Shown here: in pieces, positions 1 through 10,344 of the stretch | Position numbering within the stretch: position 1 is the first letter of the stretch | Layout: each line of letters begins with the position of its first letter | Origin: an uncultured Anaerolinea sp. | Lineage (GTDB): Bacteria; Chloroflexota; Anaerolineae; Anaerolineales; Anaerolineaceae | Length of the DNA stretch: 64,000 nt | NCBI GenBank assembly: GCA_964453115.1 | Contig: CAYVRT010000012.1 | Location: 33,264 to 97,263 of the forward strand | Direction of reading: 5' to 3' | Made by a program: the position numbers and the translations under genes | The notes under the pieces: model-generated | What the model was told of the DNA's origin: nothing | What the model saw: the letters and a program-made list of their open reading frames with translations, nothing else | The model's database searches: none

Positions 1-3
1 AGC

Positions 4-423
4 ATGGGGCGCGTGCTTGCGGTTGATCCGGGAGAAAAACGCCTGGGGCTTGCAATCAGTGATCCAACCGGCACGATTGCCAACCCATGTGGGGTTTTAA
101 AGCATGTTGGGCGGGTGGTGGATGCGGCAACGATTGCTGCTTTGGCACGTGACCAGGGTGCGGAGCGAATTGTGGTGGGCGTGGCGCTGGATGAGGAGGG
201 GGAGGCCGGTCCGGCTGCGCGCCATGCAAAGCGGCTAGCAGAGGCCATTGCACTGCAAACGAATTTGCCAGTGGAATTGTGGGATGAGAGCAACAGCACA
301 TGCGAGGCACAGGCGGCGCGTCGGGCGTTGGGTGTGCGGCGCGATCGGCGCCGTGGACACCTGGATGATCTGGCAGCGACGGTGATTTTGCAAAGCTATC
401 TGGATGCGCATAGCCAAAAGTAG
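4..423 (+). CDS. ruvX: Holliday-junction resolvase-like nuclease RuvX/YqgF
   Basis: 139-aa ORF. The N-terminal VLAVDPGEKRLGLAISD motif is typical of YqgF/RuvX RNase H-fold proteins. It lies directly upstream of mltG, a common arrangement. Confidence 0.85.
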   Translation: MGRVLAVDPGEKRLGLAISDPTGTIANPCGVLKHVGRVVDAATIAALARDQGAERIVVGVALDEEGEAGPAARHAKRLAEAIALQTNLPVELWDESNSTCEAQAARRALGVRRDRRRGHLDDLAATVILQSYLDAHSQK

Positions 424-443
424 AAAGAGGCGAAGAGATAAAA

Positions 444-1586
444 ATGTCAGCACCAAGAGGCGGTGGTTGTGGCCGGGGAATGTTGGTGGGCGGATTGCTA
501 TTGGGGTGTCTGGTGAGCCTGAGCCTGGTGTGGGCTTTGGCAAGCATCCCAACACAGGCCGAGGTGTTGTTTGGGCCGCCTGCACCAACCCTCGATGGGG
601 TACAGAAATTGATGTATGGTGGGCAATTGTTAATGTATCGCGAGGATTTGCTTGTGCCGTTCAATGCTGCGGCAGGGACGCAGACTTTTGATATTGCTCC
701 GGGCGAAACGGTTAACCTGATTACTTTCCGTTTGCAAACCGAAGGGCTGATTGCGAACAGTGATGCAATGCGCCTGTATTTGATTTATGCTGGTCTGGAC
801 ACGCGCATTCAGGCTGGACGCTATGAGCTGAGCGCAGCACAATCGGCATTTGAGATTGCGCAGGATTTTCGTCAGGCAGCACCGGATGGGTTGGTGTTTG
901 GGCTGTTGGCTGGTTGGCGGGCTGAGGAGGTGGCGGATTCGCTGCCCTATTCCGGGTTGAATATTTCGGCGGAGCAGTTTTTGCTGGTCGTTTATCAACC
1001 GGGGTTGAGTGGGCTGCCGGAGCCATGGCGCAGCATGGTGAACCTGGAAGGGTTTTTGATGCCGGGGGAATATGCGGTTGAGCGCGGGATGAGTGCCGAG
1101 GATTTGGTTTCGCTGATTCTGGTTCGTTTTGATCAACAAGTTGAGGCGGAGCTGCGGCAGCGTTACGCCGCGCAGGGGCTGGATTTGCGGCAGGCAGTGA
1201 CGTTGGCCTCAATGGTGGAGCGTGAGGCGGTGGTGGAGGATGAGCAGGCGTTAATTGCTTCGGTTTTTCTGAACCGTTTGCAGCAGGGGATGAAATTGGA
1301 TAGTGACCCGACGGTGCAATATGCGGTGGGCTATGATGCCGGGCGCGGTGGCTGGTGGGTTAACCCGCTAACAGTGGAAGATTTAGGGGTGGATTCGCCC
1401 TACAACACATATCGGGTCATGGGGCTGCCGCCTGGTCCAATTGCCAACCCCGGGCTGACAGCCTTGCAGGCGGTTGCTTACCCGGCACAGACGCAGTATT
1501 TGTATTTTCGGGCGCGTTGCGATGCCTCCGGCAGGCATGTTTTTGCGGTGACTTATGAGGAACATTTGCAAAATGGCTGCCCATAA
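444..1586 (+). CDS. mltG: endolytic murein transglycosylase MltG (YceG-like)
   Basis: 380-aa ORF with an N-terminal hydrophobic anchor (LLLGCLVSLSLVWAL). YceG-like C-terminal motifs: LDSDPTVQYAVGY and YNTYRVMGLPPGPIANPG. Confidence 0.85.
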   Translation: MSAPRGGGCGRGMLVGGLLLGCLVSLSLVWALASIPTQAEVLFGPPAPTLDGVQKLMYGGQLLMYREDLLVPFNAAAGTQTFDIAPGETVNLITFRLQTEGLIANSDAMRLYLIYAGLDTRIQAGRYELSAAQSAFEIAQDFRQAAPDGLVFGLLAGWRAEEVADSLPYSGLNISAEQFLLVVYQPGLSGLPEPWRSMVNLEGFLMPGEYAVERGMSAEDLVSLILVRFDQQVEAELRQRYAAQGLDLRQAVTLASMVEREAVVEDEQALIASVFLNRLQQGMKLDSDPTVQYAVGYDAGRGGWWVNPLTVEDLGVDSPYNTYRVMGLPPGPIANPGLTALQAVAYPAQTQYLYFRARCDASGRHVFAVTYEEHLQNGCP

Positions 1587-1637
1587 GTTGCAGCTATGCT
1601 AGAATTACGCTATACGGATTTTTTTGGAGGTGCGGGA

Positions 1638-2378
1638 ATGGCCGTTTTGGGCATTGATTTTGGTGGCTCGGGCATTAAGGGGGCGCTGATTGATGTGGAA
1701 AAGGGACAGTTGCTGGGGGAGCGGCTGCGTTTGCCAACGCCAGAAGGTGGAAAACCGCAGGATGTGGCCGGGGTGATGAAACAAATCGCCCATCACTTCC
1801 AGTGGAATGGGCTGACGGGGTGCGGTTTTCCAGCTGTGATTTTGCATGGGGTGGTACAGTCGGCGGCCAACATTCATTCCTCCTGGGTGGGAATGGACGC
1901 CAATGCGTTGTTTGGGCAGACACTGGGTTGTGCGGTGCATACTGTCAATGATGCAGATGCAGCCGGTGTGGCGGAGATGCGTTTTGGGGTGGGGCGTGAA
2001 TTGCCGCGCGGGGTGGTGGTGATGTTGACGGTTGGTACCGGGATTGGTTCGGCGCTGTTTGTGGATGGGCAGTTGGTGCCAAATACAGAATTTGGACATT
2101 TGATTGTGGATGGCAAGGATGCTGAGCGACGTGCTTCGGATGCGGTACGCAAGCGCAAGCAGCTTTCCTGGGAAGAATGGGCCGGGCGTTTTCAGCGCTA
2201 TCTGGAAGTGTTGAACGCACTCATTTGGCCGGATGTGATTATTGTGGGTGGTGGAATCAGCAAAGAGCCGGAGCGGTTTTTGCCTTATTTGAAGTCGCGG
2301 GCAAAAATCATCCCCGCCCGTTTGCAGAATCAGGCCGGGATGATTGGCGCAGCAATGTTTGCGCTGGAGAATAGTTAG
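1638..2378 (+). CDS. ppgK: ROK-family polyphosphate glucokinase
   Basis: Motifs GIDFGGSGIKGALID and TVGTGIGSALF are typical of ROK/PpgK. The ATG at 1638 is preceded by GGAGG (1626-1630). The longer ORF from 1596 cannot be excluded. Confidence 0.75.
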   Translation: MAVLGIDFGGSGIKGALIDVEKGQLLGERLRLPTPEGGKPQDVAGVMKQIAHHFQWNGLTGCGFPAVILHGVVQSAANIHSSWVGMDANALFGQTLGCAVHTVNDADAAGVAEMRFGVGRELPRGVVVMLTVGTGIGSALFVDGQLVPNTEFGHLIVDGKDAERRASDAVRKRKQLSWEEWAGRFQRYLEVLNALIWPDVIIVGGGISKEPERFLPYLKSRAKIIPARLQNQAGMIGAAMFALENS

Positions 2379-2394
2379 ACGAAGTAGGCGTTAA

Positions 2395-3843
2395 TTAACC
2401 GCCGATGCCGCCGCCGATGATGCCGCCATTGGTGAAGCGGTGCAGGTTGTTGAAAATGGTTTCGATTTGTTCGGCGGTGATTGTGACGCCTGTCTCGCGG
2501 TGGTGGAGGGCGTTTTGGCGTGCCTTTTCCAGTGCAAGTTCGCGGATGGTGATGCCGCGCAGGTTGGCTTCTTTGACCAGGGCAGCCCCCACTGCGTAGC
2601 CAAGCACCGGGTTGAGCGCGGTGATGAGGATGGGGTTTCGCTCGAGCCATGCTTCGGCGCGGGGGCGATTGGCCTGAATGCCGCAAACGCATTTTTCGGT
2701 AAAGGCCTGAATGGCGCCAATTGTGACTTGCATGGCTTCAAACAGGTTGTGGGCGATGATGGGCATCATCACATTCAGTTCCAGCTGGCCGGCCTGGGCT
2801 GCCAGGGCAATGGTTGTGTCGCAGCCGATGACGTGGAACATTGCCATGTTGAGCATTTCGGCCAGGACGGGGTTGACCTTGCCGGGCATGATGCTGGAAC
2901 CGGGTTGCACAGCCGGTAGCCGGATTTCATCCAGGCCGGTGGCTGGGCCAGAAGAGAGCAGGCGCAGGTCATTGGCGATGCGGATGAGGGTTAGGGCGAG
3001 GGTGCGCAGGGAGGCCGAAAAATCAACCATATCGGCCATGGATTGCATGGACTCGAATAAATCATCGGAGGGGGTGAGCCGCAGCCCGGAGCGTTGACTG
3101 AGGGCGGTGACCATGCGGGCATGGTATTCGGGATGGGCATTCAGGCCGCTGCCGACTGCTGTGCCGCCGATGCCCAGCCGGCGCAGCGTTTCGCCTGCGC
3201 GGCGGATGCGCTCGGCATCGCGCTCGATGGCACAGGCATAGGCGCCAAATTCCTGGCCCAGGCGGATTGGTACTGCGTCTTGCAGATGGGTGCGGCCCGA
3301 TTTGACAATCCCATCGAATGCCTCGGCTTTTTGGCGCAGGGCGGTTGCCAACCCGGCGATGCTTGCCAGTAACTCGTCCAGTCGCCACAGGCAGCCCAGG
3401 CGGATGGCTGTTGGGATGACATCGTTGGTGGATTGTGACATGTTGACATGGTCGTTGGGGTGGACGCGATATTCTCCCAGGGTGCCGCCGAGCAGTTGGG
3501 TGGCGCGGTTGGCGATGACTTCGTTGGTATTCATGTTATGGCTGGTGCCAGCGCCAGCCTGGAAGGGGTCTACGACAAATTGAGCATCCCAACGACCTTC
3601 AATGATTTCGTCAGCGGCATGGACGATGACTTGTGCGATGCCGGCATCAATCAGATCCAGTTCGTAGTTGACGCGCGCGGCGGCATACTTGATGAGCCCC
3701 ATGGACCAGATGAAGGCGCGCCATGGACGCAGGCCAGAGATGGGAAAGTTTTGTACGGCGCGCTGGGTTTGGGCGCCATACAGGGCTTCAGTGGGAACAG
3801 ACACTTCTCCGAGCGAATCGCGTTCAATGCGCACTTCAGACAT
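2395..3843 (-). CDS. aspA: aspartate ammonia-lyase (fumarate-lyase superfamily)
   Basis: Superfamily signature GSSIMPGKVNP. AspA-type motifs QAGAGTSHNMNTNEV, NDLRLLSSGPATGLDEIRLP and VIGCDTTIALAAQAGQLELNV are present rather than the FumC-type GSGTQSNMN. Confidence 0.75.
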   Translation of the reverse strand: MSEVRIERDSLGEVSVPTEALYGAQTQRAVQNFPISGLRPWRAFIWSMGLIKYAAARVNYELDLIDAGIAQVIVHAADEIIEGRWDAQFVVDPFQAGAGTSHNMNTNEVIANRATQLLGGTLGEYRVHPNDHVNMSQSTNDVIPTAIRLGCLWRLDELLASIAGLATALRQKAEAFDGIVKSGRTHLQDAVPIRLGQEFGAYACAIERDAERIRRAGETLRRLGIGGTAVGSGLNAHPEYHARMVTALSQRSGLRLTPSDDLFESMQSMADMVDFSASLRTLALTLIRIANDLRLLSSGPATGLDEIRLPAVQPGSSIMPGKVNPVLAEMLNMAMFHVIGCDTTIALAAQAGQLELNVMMPIIAHNLFEAMQVTIGAIQAFTEKCVCGIQANRPRAEAWLERNPILITALNPVLGYAVGAALVKEANLRGITIRELALEKARQNALHHRETGVTITAEQIETIFNNLHRFTNGGIIGGGIGG

Positions 3844-3920
3844 GGTAGATCCTTTCTTGCCGGGTAAAAAAATTCTGGGCGGGGAACAGTGTCCGCCCAG
3901 AATCTTGCCGTGGTGAGGAA

Positions 3921-4328
3921 TTAGCGGGCGCTATAGCCTGGGCCTTCTTTGAAGAAGGCTGCATTGGTTTGAATGGCTGGGGTGAGGTCAATGGTTGTGC
4001 CAGCTTTGAGGATGAAGGTGGCCTTGAGGGTTACCTCATCGCCATCATGATTGGTGCCGGTGTATTCTTCGGTATAGCCAGGGGTGCCAACCGGTTGGGA
4101 GAGGCGCACATCTTTGCTGGATTTGAAGGCGGCGGGGACTTCTTCTTCGGGGAAGATGGCTTCCCAGGGGCATTCGGGGACGCAGGCGCCGCAATCAATG
4201 CAGGTTTCGGCGTCAATATAGTACCAGGGCCACTGATCGGTGGGCTGGCCGGGGACGATGCATTCGACTGGGCAGACGGTGGCGCAGCCACCATCGCGCA
4301 AGCACAGGCTGGTAATTACATGGGGCAT
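3921..4328 (-). CDS. 4Fe-4S ferredoxin with C-terminal extension
   Basis: 135-aa ORF. Cys motifs CLRDGGCATVCP and CIDCGACVPECP. GGAGAAAC lies upstream of the ATG. Confidence 0.75.
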   Translation of the reverse strand: MPHVITSLCLRDGGCATVCPVECIVPGQPTDQWPWYYIDAETCIDCGACVPECPWEAIFPEEEVPAAFKSSKDVRLSQPVGTPGYTEEYTGTNHDGDEVTLKATFILKAGTTIDLTPAIQTNAAFFKEGPGYSAR

Positions 4329-4371
4329 GGGTTTCTCCTTATCAAATAGAGGATGGATGAATGAAGGGAAG

Positions 4372-4980
4372 TCAGGCTGTCAGATAGCGGGCTTCCACTT
4401 TTTTCCAGTCAATTAGATTCCAGAAGTTGCTTAAGTAGTCGGCACGGCGGTTCTGGAACTTGAGGTAGTAGGCATGTTCCCAAACATCTATGGTGAGGAT
4501 GGGGTAGAGGCCTTCGGAGAGGGGGCAATCCTGGTTGGCGGTGGAATGGATCAGCAAGGAGCCATCGGGGCGTTTGCTGAGCCAGGCATAGCCGCTGCCA
4601 AAGCGGGTGAGGCCAGCTTTTTCTAATTCGGCTTTGAAGGTTTCGAAACTGCCAAAACTGGTTTGAATGGCCTGGGCCAGGCTGCCAATTGGCTGTCCGC
4701 CGGCATTAGGGCCAAGCATGGCCCAAAACAGGGCATGGTTGTAGACTCCGCCACCGTTGTTGCGTACAGCGGTGCGGATGGCCTCTGGCACCTGGGTGAG
4801 GTCTTTGAGCAGGTCTTCCAGAGCGTGTTCAAAGAGGGCCGGGGCGGATTCGACGGCTTTGTTGAGGTTATTCAGGTAGGTTTGATGATGTTTGGTATAA
4901 TGGATTTCGACCGTACGCGCATCCATCCAGGGTTCCAAAGCGTCCAATGCATAGGACAAAGCTGGCAGTTCAAAAGGCAT
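4372..4980 (-). CDS. sodA: superoxide dismutase, Mn-type
   Basis: The internal ATG at 4980 gives MPFELPALSYALDALEPWMDARTVEIHYTKHHQTY..., plus STANQDCPL and DVWEHAYYL motifs. The 139 aa upstream in the tracked ORF are Pro/Ala-rich junk. Confidence 0.9.
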   Translation of the reverse strand: MPFELPALSYALDALEPWMDARTVEIHYTKHHQTYLNNLNKAVESAPALFEHALEDLLKDLTQVPEAIRTAVRNNGGGVYNHALFWAMLGPNAGGQPIGSLAQAIQTSFGSFETFKAELEKAGLTRFGSGYAWLSKRPDGSLLIHSTANQDCPLSEGLYPILTIDVWEHAYYLKFQNRRADYLSNFWNLIDWKKVEARYLTA

Positions 4981-5117
4981 GGTCTGGCATCTCCTTGATA
5001 TGATTTTGGCCTGGGCAGGGGTGTTGCGGCGAACAGGCCTGATTTGTACCCACGCGAACAATTTAATTCTAGCGATGGAGAGGGTCTTTGTCAAGCGATG
5101 CAAAAGAGGAAAAACGT

Positions 5118-6080
5118 ATGCAACGACGACTGGTTGTTTCGCCCTATGGTGTTCTGGCGGGGGGGATTTTGGCGGTTTCAACGGCTTCGGTATTGATTCG
5201 ATTCGCGCAACAGGAACTGCCCTCGTTGGTGATTGCGGCGGGTCGGCTCTCGCTTGCGGCATTGCTTTTGGCGCCACTGGCGTTGCTGCGCCGTCGGCAA
5301 GAGTTGGCCGGGTTGGGGTGGCGTACCTGGGCGTTGTTGGGGCTGGCCGGAGTGTTGCTGGCGCTGCATTTTTCGGCCTGGATTTCTTCGCTGGCATTGA
5401 CTTCGGTGGCTAGCTCGGTGGTGTTGGTGACAACAACGCCGATTTGGGTTGGGCTGCTTTCGGGGGTGGTGTTGCAGGAGCGGCCGGCAGGGGGCATTTG
5501 GCTGGGGATGGCGGTGGCTTTGACTGGTGGGATGATTGTGGGTTTTAGCGAAATTTGCAAGCTGGGGATGGACGGGTTGCGCTGTGGCGGGTTGGGAAGT
5601 TTATTGGGAGGTAAGGTGCTGTTGGGTAATTTTTTGGCGCTGTGCGGGGCCTGGTTTGCGTGCGGATATTTGCTGGTTGGGCGTGGAGTGCGGGGGCAGG
5701 TTTCGCTGTTGACCTATGTGTTTGTGGTGTATAGTGCGGCAGCCATGACGCTGGTGTTGTTTGCGGCTTTGAGCGGGGCAAGGTTGGGTGGCTATTCGGG
5801 GCGTGCCTGGGGGTTGTTGTTTTTGTTGGCGCTGGTGCCGCAGTTGTTGGGGCATTCGGCGTTGAATTGGGCTTTGAAACAGGCTTCGGCATCGTTTGTT
5901 GCGCTGGCTTTGCTGGGCGAGCCAATCGGTTCAATTTTTCTGGCAATGGCCTTGTTGGGTGAATTGCCGACCTGGCTAGAGATGGCTGGCGGCAGCCTGA
6001 TTCTGGTGGGCATTTACCTTGCGGGGTGTGCTTCTACACCGCCGGCAGAGAAACAACAAGGCTCATCCGATTTGGGATGA
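5118..6080 (+). CDS. EamA/DMT-family transporter
   Basis: About 10 hydrophobic segments in a two-fold repeated EamA-like pattern. The ATG at 5118 follows AGAGGA. The tracked ORF starts at TTG 5088. Confidence 0.7.
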   Translation: MQRRLVVSPYGVLAGGILAVSTASVLIRFAQQELPSLVIAAGRLSLAALLLAPLALLRRRQELAGLGWRTWALLGLAGVLLALHFSAWISSLALTSVASSVVLVTTTPIWVGLLSGVVLQERPAGGIWLGMAVALTGGMIVGFSEICKLGMDGLRCGGLGSLLGGKVLLGNFLALCGAWFACGYLLVGRGVRGQVSLLTYVFVVYSAAAMTLVLFAALSGARLGGYSGRAWGLLFLLALVPQLLGHSALNWALKQASASFVALALLGEPIGSIFLAMALLGELPTWLEMAGGSLILVGIYLAGCASTPPAEKQQGSSDLG

Positions 6081-6086
6081 GCCTTG
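6057..6086. terminator. perfect 12-bp hairpin between convergent EamA and malQ genes
   Basis: CAAGGCTCATCC (6057-6068) pairs with GGATGAGCCTTG (6075-6086) around a 6-nt loop. It overlaps the EamA stop codon (6078-6080). There is no clean U-tract on the plus strand; on the minus strand the following sequence is T-rich. Confidence 0.45.
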
Positions 6087-6108
6087 TCATTCGAATGGGG
6101 TGTGGGTC

Positions 6109-7605
6109 TCAGGCGGCCAGGCGGCTGTAAAGCTGATTGACCTCATACATGCGCCGAGATAGGGCCGGGTTGAGCGTTTCGGCTGTCATGCGCCAGTTCC
6201 AGTTGCCGCTTGGGCGACCGGGGAAGTTCATGCGCCCTGAAGAATCGAGGCTGAGCAGGTCTTGCAGGGGGGCGATGCCGAAGATGGCAACGGATGACCA
6301 GACGGCGCGGATCATATCCCAGGAAATGTCATCGCCGGAGCGGGCCAGGTAGCGGCGGCAGAAGTCGCGTTCGTGTTCGGGTGCGGTCAGATACCAGCCA
6401 AGTGCTGTGTCGTTATCATGTGTGCCGGTGTAGGCAACGCAATTGGCGGGGTAGTTGTGGGGCAGGAATGGGTCGTCGCTATCGGAGCTGAAGGCAAACT
6501 GGAAGATTTTCATGCCGGGGAGGAAGAAATCGTCGCGCAGTGCTTCAACATCCGGGGTAATTTTACCCAGGTCTTCGGCAATAATGGGCAGGTCGCCAAG
6601 TGCATCGCGAATGGCTTTGACGAAATGTTTGCCCGGGCCAGGTACCCAACGGCCAATTTCGGCAGTGGGCATATTGGCTGGCACTTCCCAATAGCCGGCA
6701 AAGCCGCGGAAATGGTCGAGGCGAACGATATCCACGGTTTGCAGGGTGGCCTTGAAGCGCCGGATCCACCAGGCATAGCCGGTTTGACGATGGATGCGCC
6801 AGCGGTACAGCGGGTTGCCCCAAAGCTGACCGGTGGGGGAGAAATAATCCGGTGGGACGCCAGCGACAACGGTGGGGTGGCCTTTTGAATCCAGGAAGAA
6901 TAAGTCGGGGTTGGCCCATACATCTGCGCTGTCATAAGCGACGAAGATGGGAATGTCGCCGATGATGCGGATGCCTTTTTGGTTGGCATAGGTACGCAGG
7001 GCGTTCCATTGACGGAAGAAGAAGAACTGGCGCAGCATGTGCCGCTGGAGGGCTGATTGGTGGCTGACGCAAAAATCGGCCAGGGCCTGAGGGTCTCGTT
7101 GGCGCAGGTTTGCGGGCCAGTCTTTCCAGGCAACGCCGCCCTGGGATTCTTTGATTGCCATGAAGAGGGCAAAGTCATCCAGCCAGTAAGCTTGTTGGTT
7201 GCAAAACGTTTGGTAGGCCTGGTGCAGTTCGGGGGAGGCGCTTTGGGTGAAGTGGGCAGCGGCGCGGTCGAGCAGGGTGAGTTTCCATTGGATGACTTCG
7301 CCATAGTTGACCGTTTCGACCGGGAAGGTGGGGCGGTCACTCAGGTCGGCGCGGCTGAGGAGGTTGTCTTCCATCAGCAGGGCGGGGCTTATCAGGTAGG
7401 GGTTGCCGGCAAAGGCTGAGAAGCATTGATAAGGCGAATCGCCATAGCCGGTGGGGCCAAGGGGTAGAACCTGCCAGAGCGAGCAGCCGCATTCTTTTAA
7501 GAAGTTGACCCAGCGATAGGCTTCAGGGCCCAGGTCACCAATGCCGTCCGGCCCAGGCAGGCTGGTTGGATGAAGTAGAATCCCAGAGGCGCGATTAAAT
7601 TTCAT
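6109..7605 (-). CDS. malQ: 4-alpha-glucanotransferase (amylomaltase)
   Basis: Start [26 protein letters not shown] is the classic MalQ N-terminus. The ATG at 7605 overlaps the glgC stop region. Confidence 0.9.
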   Translation of the reverse strand: MKFNRASGILLHPTSLPGPDGIGDLGPEAYRWVNFLKECGCSLWQVLPLGPTGYGDSPYQCFSAFAGNPYLISPALLMEDNLLSRADLSDRPTFPVETVNYGEVIQWKLTLLDRAAAHFTQSASPELHQAYQTFCNQQAYWLDDFALFMAIKESQGGVAWKDWPANLRQRDPQALADFCVSHQSALQRHMLRQFFFFRQWNALRTYANQKGIRIIGDIPIFVAYDSADVWANPDLFFLDSKGHPTVVAGVPPDYFSPTGQLWGNPLYRWRIHRQTGYAWWIRRFKATLQTVDIVRLDHFRGFAGYWEVPANMPTAEIGRWVPGPGKHFVKAIRDALGDLPIIAEDLGKITPDVEALRDDFFLPGMKIFQFAFSSDSDDPFLPHNYPANCVAYTGTHDNDTALGWYLTAPEHERDFCRRYLARSGDDISWDMIRAVWSSVAIFGIAPLQDLLSLDSSGRMNFPGRPSGNWNWRMTAETLNPALSRRMYEVNQLYSRLAA

Positions 7606-8854
7606 AAGGCTGTCTCCCAGTTTGGATATATTCTCCGCTGCGAACCAGGGGAGAGGAAAAGTCGCTGGCAATGACATCGGTTCCTACAATGCCGCCTGCT
7701 TCAATGATTGTGGAGGGAGGGACACAGGAGGCTTTGCCAATCATTGCAATTTGCACATCCTCTTCACTGCCTTTGCCGCCGACTTTGCACTCGGTACCTA
7801 CTTTGACGCGCTTATCCAGGACGGCGCGTTCGAGAATGGCTTTTTCGCAAATGATTGAATCGGTCATGATGATTGATTCTTCGATGACAGCATTGGATTT
7901 TACCACAACTCCGGGAGATAGCACACTGCGAATGACGCGCGCGCCGGGCTCAATTGTGCAACCATTGCAAATCAGGCTGTCCTCAATAATGGATGAGCGG
8001 TGAATGCGAACCGGCGGGCGTTCTTCGGTGCGGGTATGGATGATCCAATCCGGGTCGTACATATCAAATGCCGGGGGGGTATCTACCAGGTCCATGTGTG
8101 CTTTCCAATAGGATTGGATGGTGCCAACGTCCATCCAATAACCGCTGTAAGGGTATGCAAAGACAGATGCATTGCTTTTGATCATGGCGGGGATGATGTC
8201 TTTGCCGAAGTCGTGGCTGGAGTCGGGGCGTTTGCGGTCTTCCCAGAGGATTTCATCCAGAATTTTACGGTCGAAAACATAAATGCCCATGTTGGCAAGG
8301 TTGGAAGGTGGGTTGGCTGGCTTTTCGACGAAGGAGGTAACACGGTAGCGGCGGTCTATGCCAACAACCCCAAAGCGCGAGGCTTCTTCTTTGGGGACGG
8401 TGATGGTTGCCATGGTCAAATCGGCTTGATGATCGAGGTGGAAATCAATCAGGCGGGTGTAATCCATGGTGTAGATGTGATCGCCAGAGAGAATTAGCAC
8501 CAGGTCGGCATTGCTGCGTTTGACGAAGGTGAAGTTTTGCTGGACGGCATCGGCAGTGCCAATGAACCAGTTGGAGGTGGGGGCTTTGAATGGGGTGAAA
8601 ACGCGCACACCGCCGGTGAAGTCGCGGTTCAGGTCCCAGGGGCCACCGGCGCCAATGTGTTCGATGAGCGAGTGGGGGCGATATTGGGCGATGACCATTA
8701 CATCAAACAAATTTGAATTGACACAGTTGGAGAGGGGAAAATCAATGATGCGGTATTTCCCGGCAAATAGAACCGCCGGTTTGGCACGGCGTGCGGTTAG
8801 CACGCCCAGGCGGGTACCTTCTCCGCCGGCAAGAATAATAGCACGGGTTTTCAT
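7595..8854 (-). CDS. glgC: glucose-1-phosphate adenylyltransferase
   Basis: [28 protein letters not shown] nucleotidyltransferase motif with a C-terminal left-handed beta-helix repeat region. ATGA overlap with the glgA stop at 8851-8854. Confidence 0.9.
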   Translation of the reverse strand: MKTRAIILAGGEGTRLGVLTARRAKPAVLFAGKYRIIDFPLSNCVNSNLFDVMVIAQYRPHSLIEHIGAGGPWDLNRDFTGGVRVFTPFKAPTSNWFIGTADAVQQNFTFVKRSNADLVLILSGDHIYTMDYTRLIDFHLDHQADLTMATITVPKEEASRFGVVGIDRRYRVTSFVEKPANPPSNLANMGIYVFDRKILDEILWEDRKRPDSSHDFGKDIIPAMIKSNASVFAYPYSGYWMDVGTIQSYWKAHMDLVDTPPAFDMYDPDWIIHTRTEERPPVRIHRSSIIEDSLICNGCTIEPGARVIRSVLSPGVVVKSNAVIEESIIMTDSIICEKAILERAVLDKRVKVGTECKVGGKGSEEDVQIAMIGKASCVPPSTIIEAGGIVGTDVIASDFSSPLVRSGEYIQTGRQPYEI

Positions 8855-10335
8855 TGCAGTTCCTCCATGAGTTTGAAATAGATATCGGCATAGGCAATTG
8901 CCGATTGACTCCACGAAAAATCTTGTTCCATGCAGCGAATTTGCAGGGCATGCCAGGCCGGGCGGTTGGGGTAGAGGGCAAGGGCGCGCAACAGGGCGAC
9001 GCTGAAATTGGAGGGCTGCGGCTCTTTGAACAGGAAGCCTGTGTTTTCACCGGGTTGGCGCGTGTCTCGGATGGTGTCGTGCAGGCCGCCGGTGTCGCGG
9101 GCGACGGGGACACAGCCGTAGCGCATGGCGATCATTTGTGCCAGGCCGCAAGGCTCGTAGCGCGAGGGCATCAGCAGGATGTCACCGCTGGCATACATGC
9201 GGTGTGAGAGGTCGCGGTCAAAGCGGATGATGGCGCGCACCCGGTCAGGCCATTCGGCTTGCAGGCTGCGGCAGGCGCTTTCGAGCAGCAGGTCGCCAGT
9301 GCCAAGGAAGACCATTTGCCAGGGCTGGTCTGTGACCATTTGCAGTCCTTCGATGGCAATGTCCATTCCTTTTTGCTGATCCATGCGTCCGATGGCAATT
9401 AGCAAGGGAATTTCGGGATTGACTGGCAGGTCGAGGGCTGCTTGCAGGGCAAGTTTGTTCTGCTTGCGTTCCTGGAATGTGGCGAGCGAGAAATGATGCT
9501 CGAGAAGCGGGTCGCTAGCGGGGTCCCATACTTCCTGGTCCAGGCCATTCAGGATGCCGGAAATGGAAGTTGAACGGGTGCGCAGAAAGTCTTGCAGGCC
9601 GCAGCCAAAAGCGGGGGTGAGAATTTCGCGGGCATAGTTGGGTGAGACGGCAACGATGTGGTCGGCGACACTGAGGCCGAGCGGGAGGGGGAAGGAGCGC
9701 GCCCAATCGGGCAGGAGCGGGTCGTTGCTTGGTTCGAAGCCGAAAGCGGGCAGGGTCTTTTCGGCGCTGCCGCCCAGAAAAGGCAGGTTGTGGATGGCAA
9801 GCAGGCTGCGCGTGGCCGCAAAGAAGGGGTCTTGGGCGCGGGTGCGCGCCAATTGGTAAACGGTCATGGCGGTGTGCCAGTCGTTGGCGTGTAAAATGTG
9901 GGGCTGCCAATTGAGGGCGCGCATGGCTTCGAGGCAGGCGAGCGAGAAGAAGAGGTACTTTTCGGCGTCTTGCTGCAAGTTGGTTGTGTTATAGACCGGT
10001 GCCTCAGGTGGGATGGGCGCACCTTCGATTAAGTAAACGGGGATTGCACCGATGTGGGTCAGGTAGACCTGGCCGGGTAAATTGCCTGCCGGGGTAGGGA
10101 CAGAGAAGGAGGCAGCGGGCAGTGGGGAGGGTAATTTTTGACGAACAATGCCATGAAATGGGATGGCAAGACGTACATCCAGGTTGTAGCCGTGAATGGT
10201 TTGCGGCGGCAAGGAGCGCAGTGCCAGGGGCAGGGAACCGGCTACGTCGCCCAGCCCACCAACCTTGACCAGGGGGTCAGCCTCGGATGCAATCATCAGG
10301 ACGCGCAGGGTTTTGGTTTCGGGTTCTGTGGGCAT
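8851..10335 (-). CDS. glgA: glycogen synthase (ADP-glucose type)
   Basis: [30 protein letters not shown] motif. The ATG at 10335 is preceded by AGGAG. The tracked ORF begins 2 codons earlier at TTG. Confidence 0.9.
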   Translation of the reverse strand: MPTEPETKTLRVLMIASEADPLVKVGGLGDVAGSLPLALRSLPPQTIHGYNLDVRLAIPFHGIVRQKLPSPLPAASFSVPTPAGNLPGQVYLTHIGAIPVYLIEGAPIPPEAPVYNTTNLQQDAEKYLFFSLACLEAMRALNWQPHILHANDWHTAMTVYQLARTRAQDPFFAATRSLLAIHNLPFLGGSAEKTLPAFGFEPSNDPLLPDWARSFPLPLGLSVADHIVAVSPNYAREILTPAFGCGLQDFLRTRSTSISGILNGLDQEVWDPASDPLLEHHFSLATFQERKQNKLALQAALDLPVNPEIPLLIAIGRMDQQKGMDIAIEGLQMVTDQPWQMVFLGTGDLLLESACRSLQAEWPDRVRAIIRFDRDLSHRMYASGDILLMPSRYEPCGLAQMIAMRYGCVPVARDTGGLHDTIRDTRQPGENTGFLFKEPQPSNFSVALLRALALYPNRPAWHALQIRCMEQDFSWSQSAIAYADIYFKLMEELQ

Positions 10336-10344
10336 GGACAACTC

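Noticed and set aside
2395-3843. Calling this lyase fumarate hydratase class II (fumC)
   Set aside because: The diagnostic segments match AspA (GAGTS.NMNTNEV, NDLRLLSSGP..GL.EI.LP, KVNPV) rather than FumC (GSGTQSNMN, KVNPTQ). The call still needs a profile search to be definitive.
4981-5397. 139-codon N-terminal extension of the superoxide dismutase ORF
   Set aside because: The extension is a Pro/Ala/Arg-rich translation that overlaps the EamA gene on the opposite strand. The canonical SOD N-terminus begins at the internal ATG (4980).
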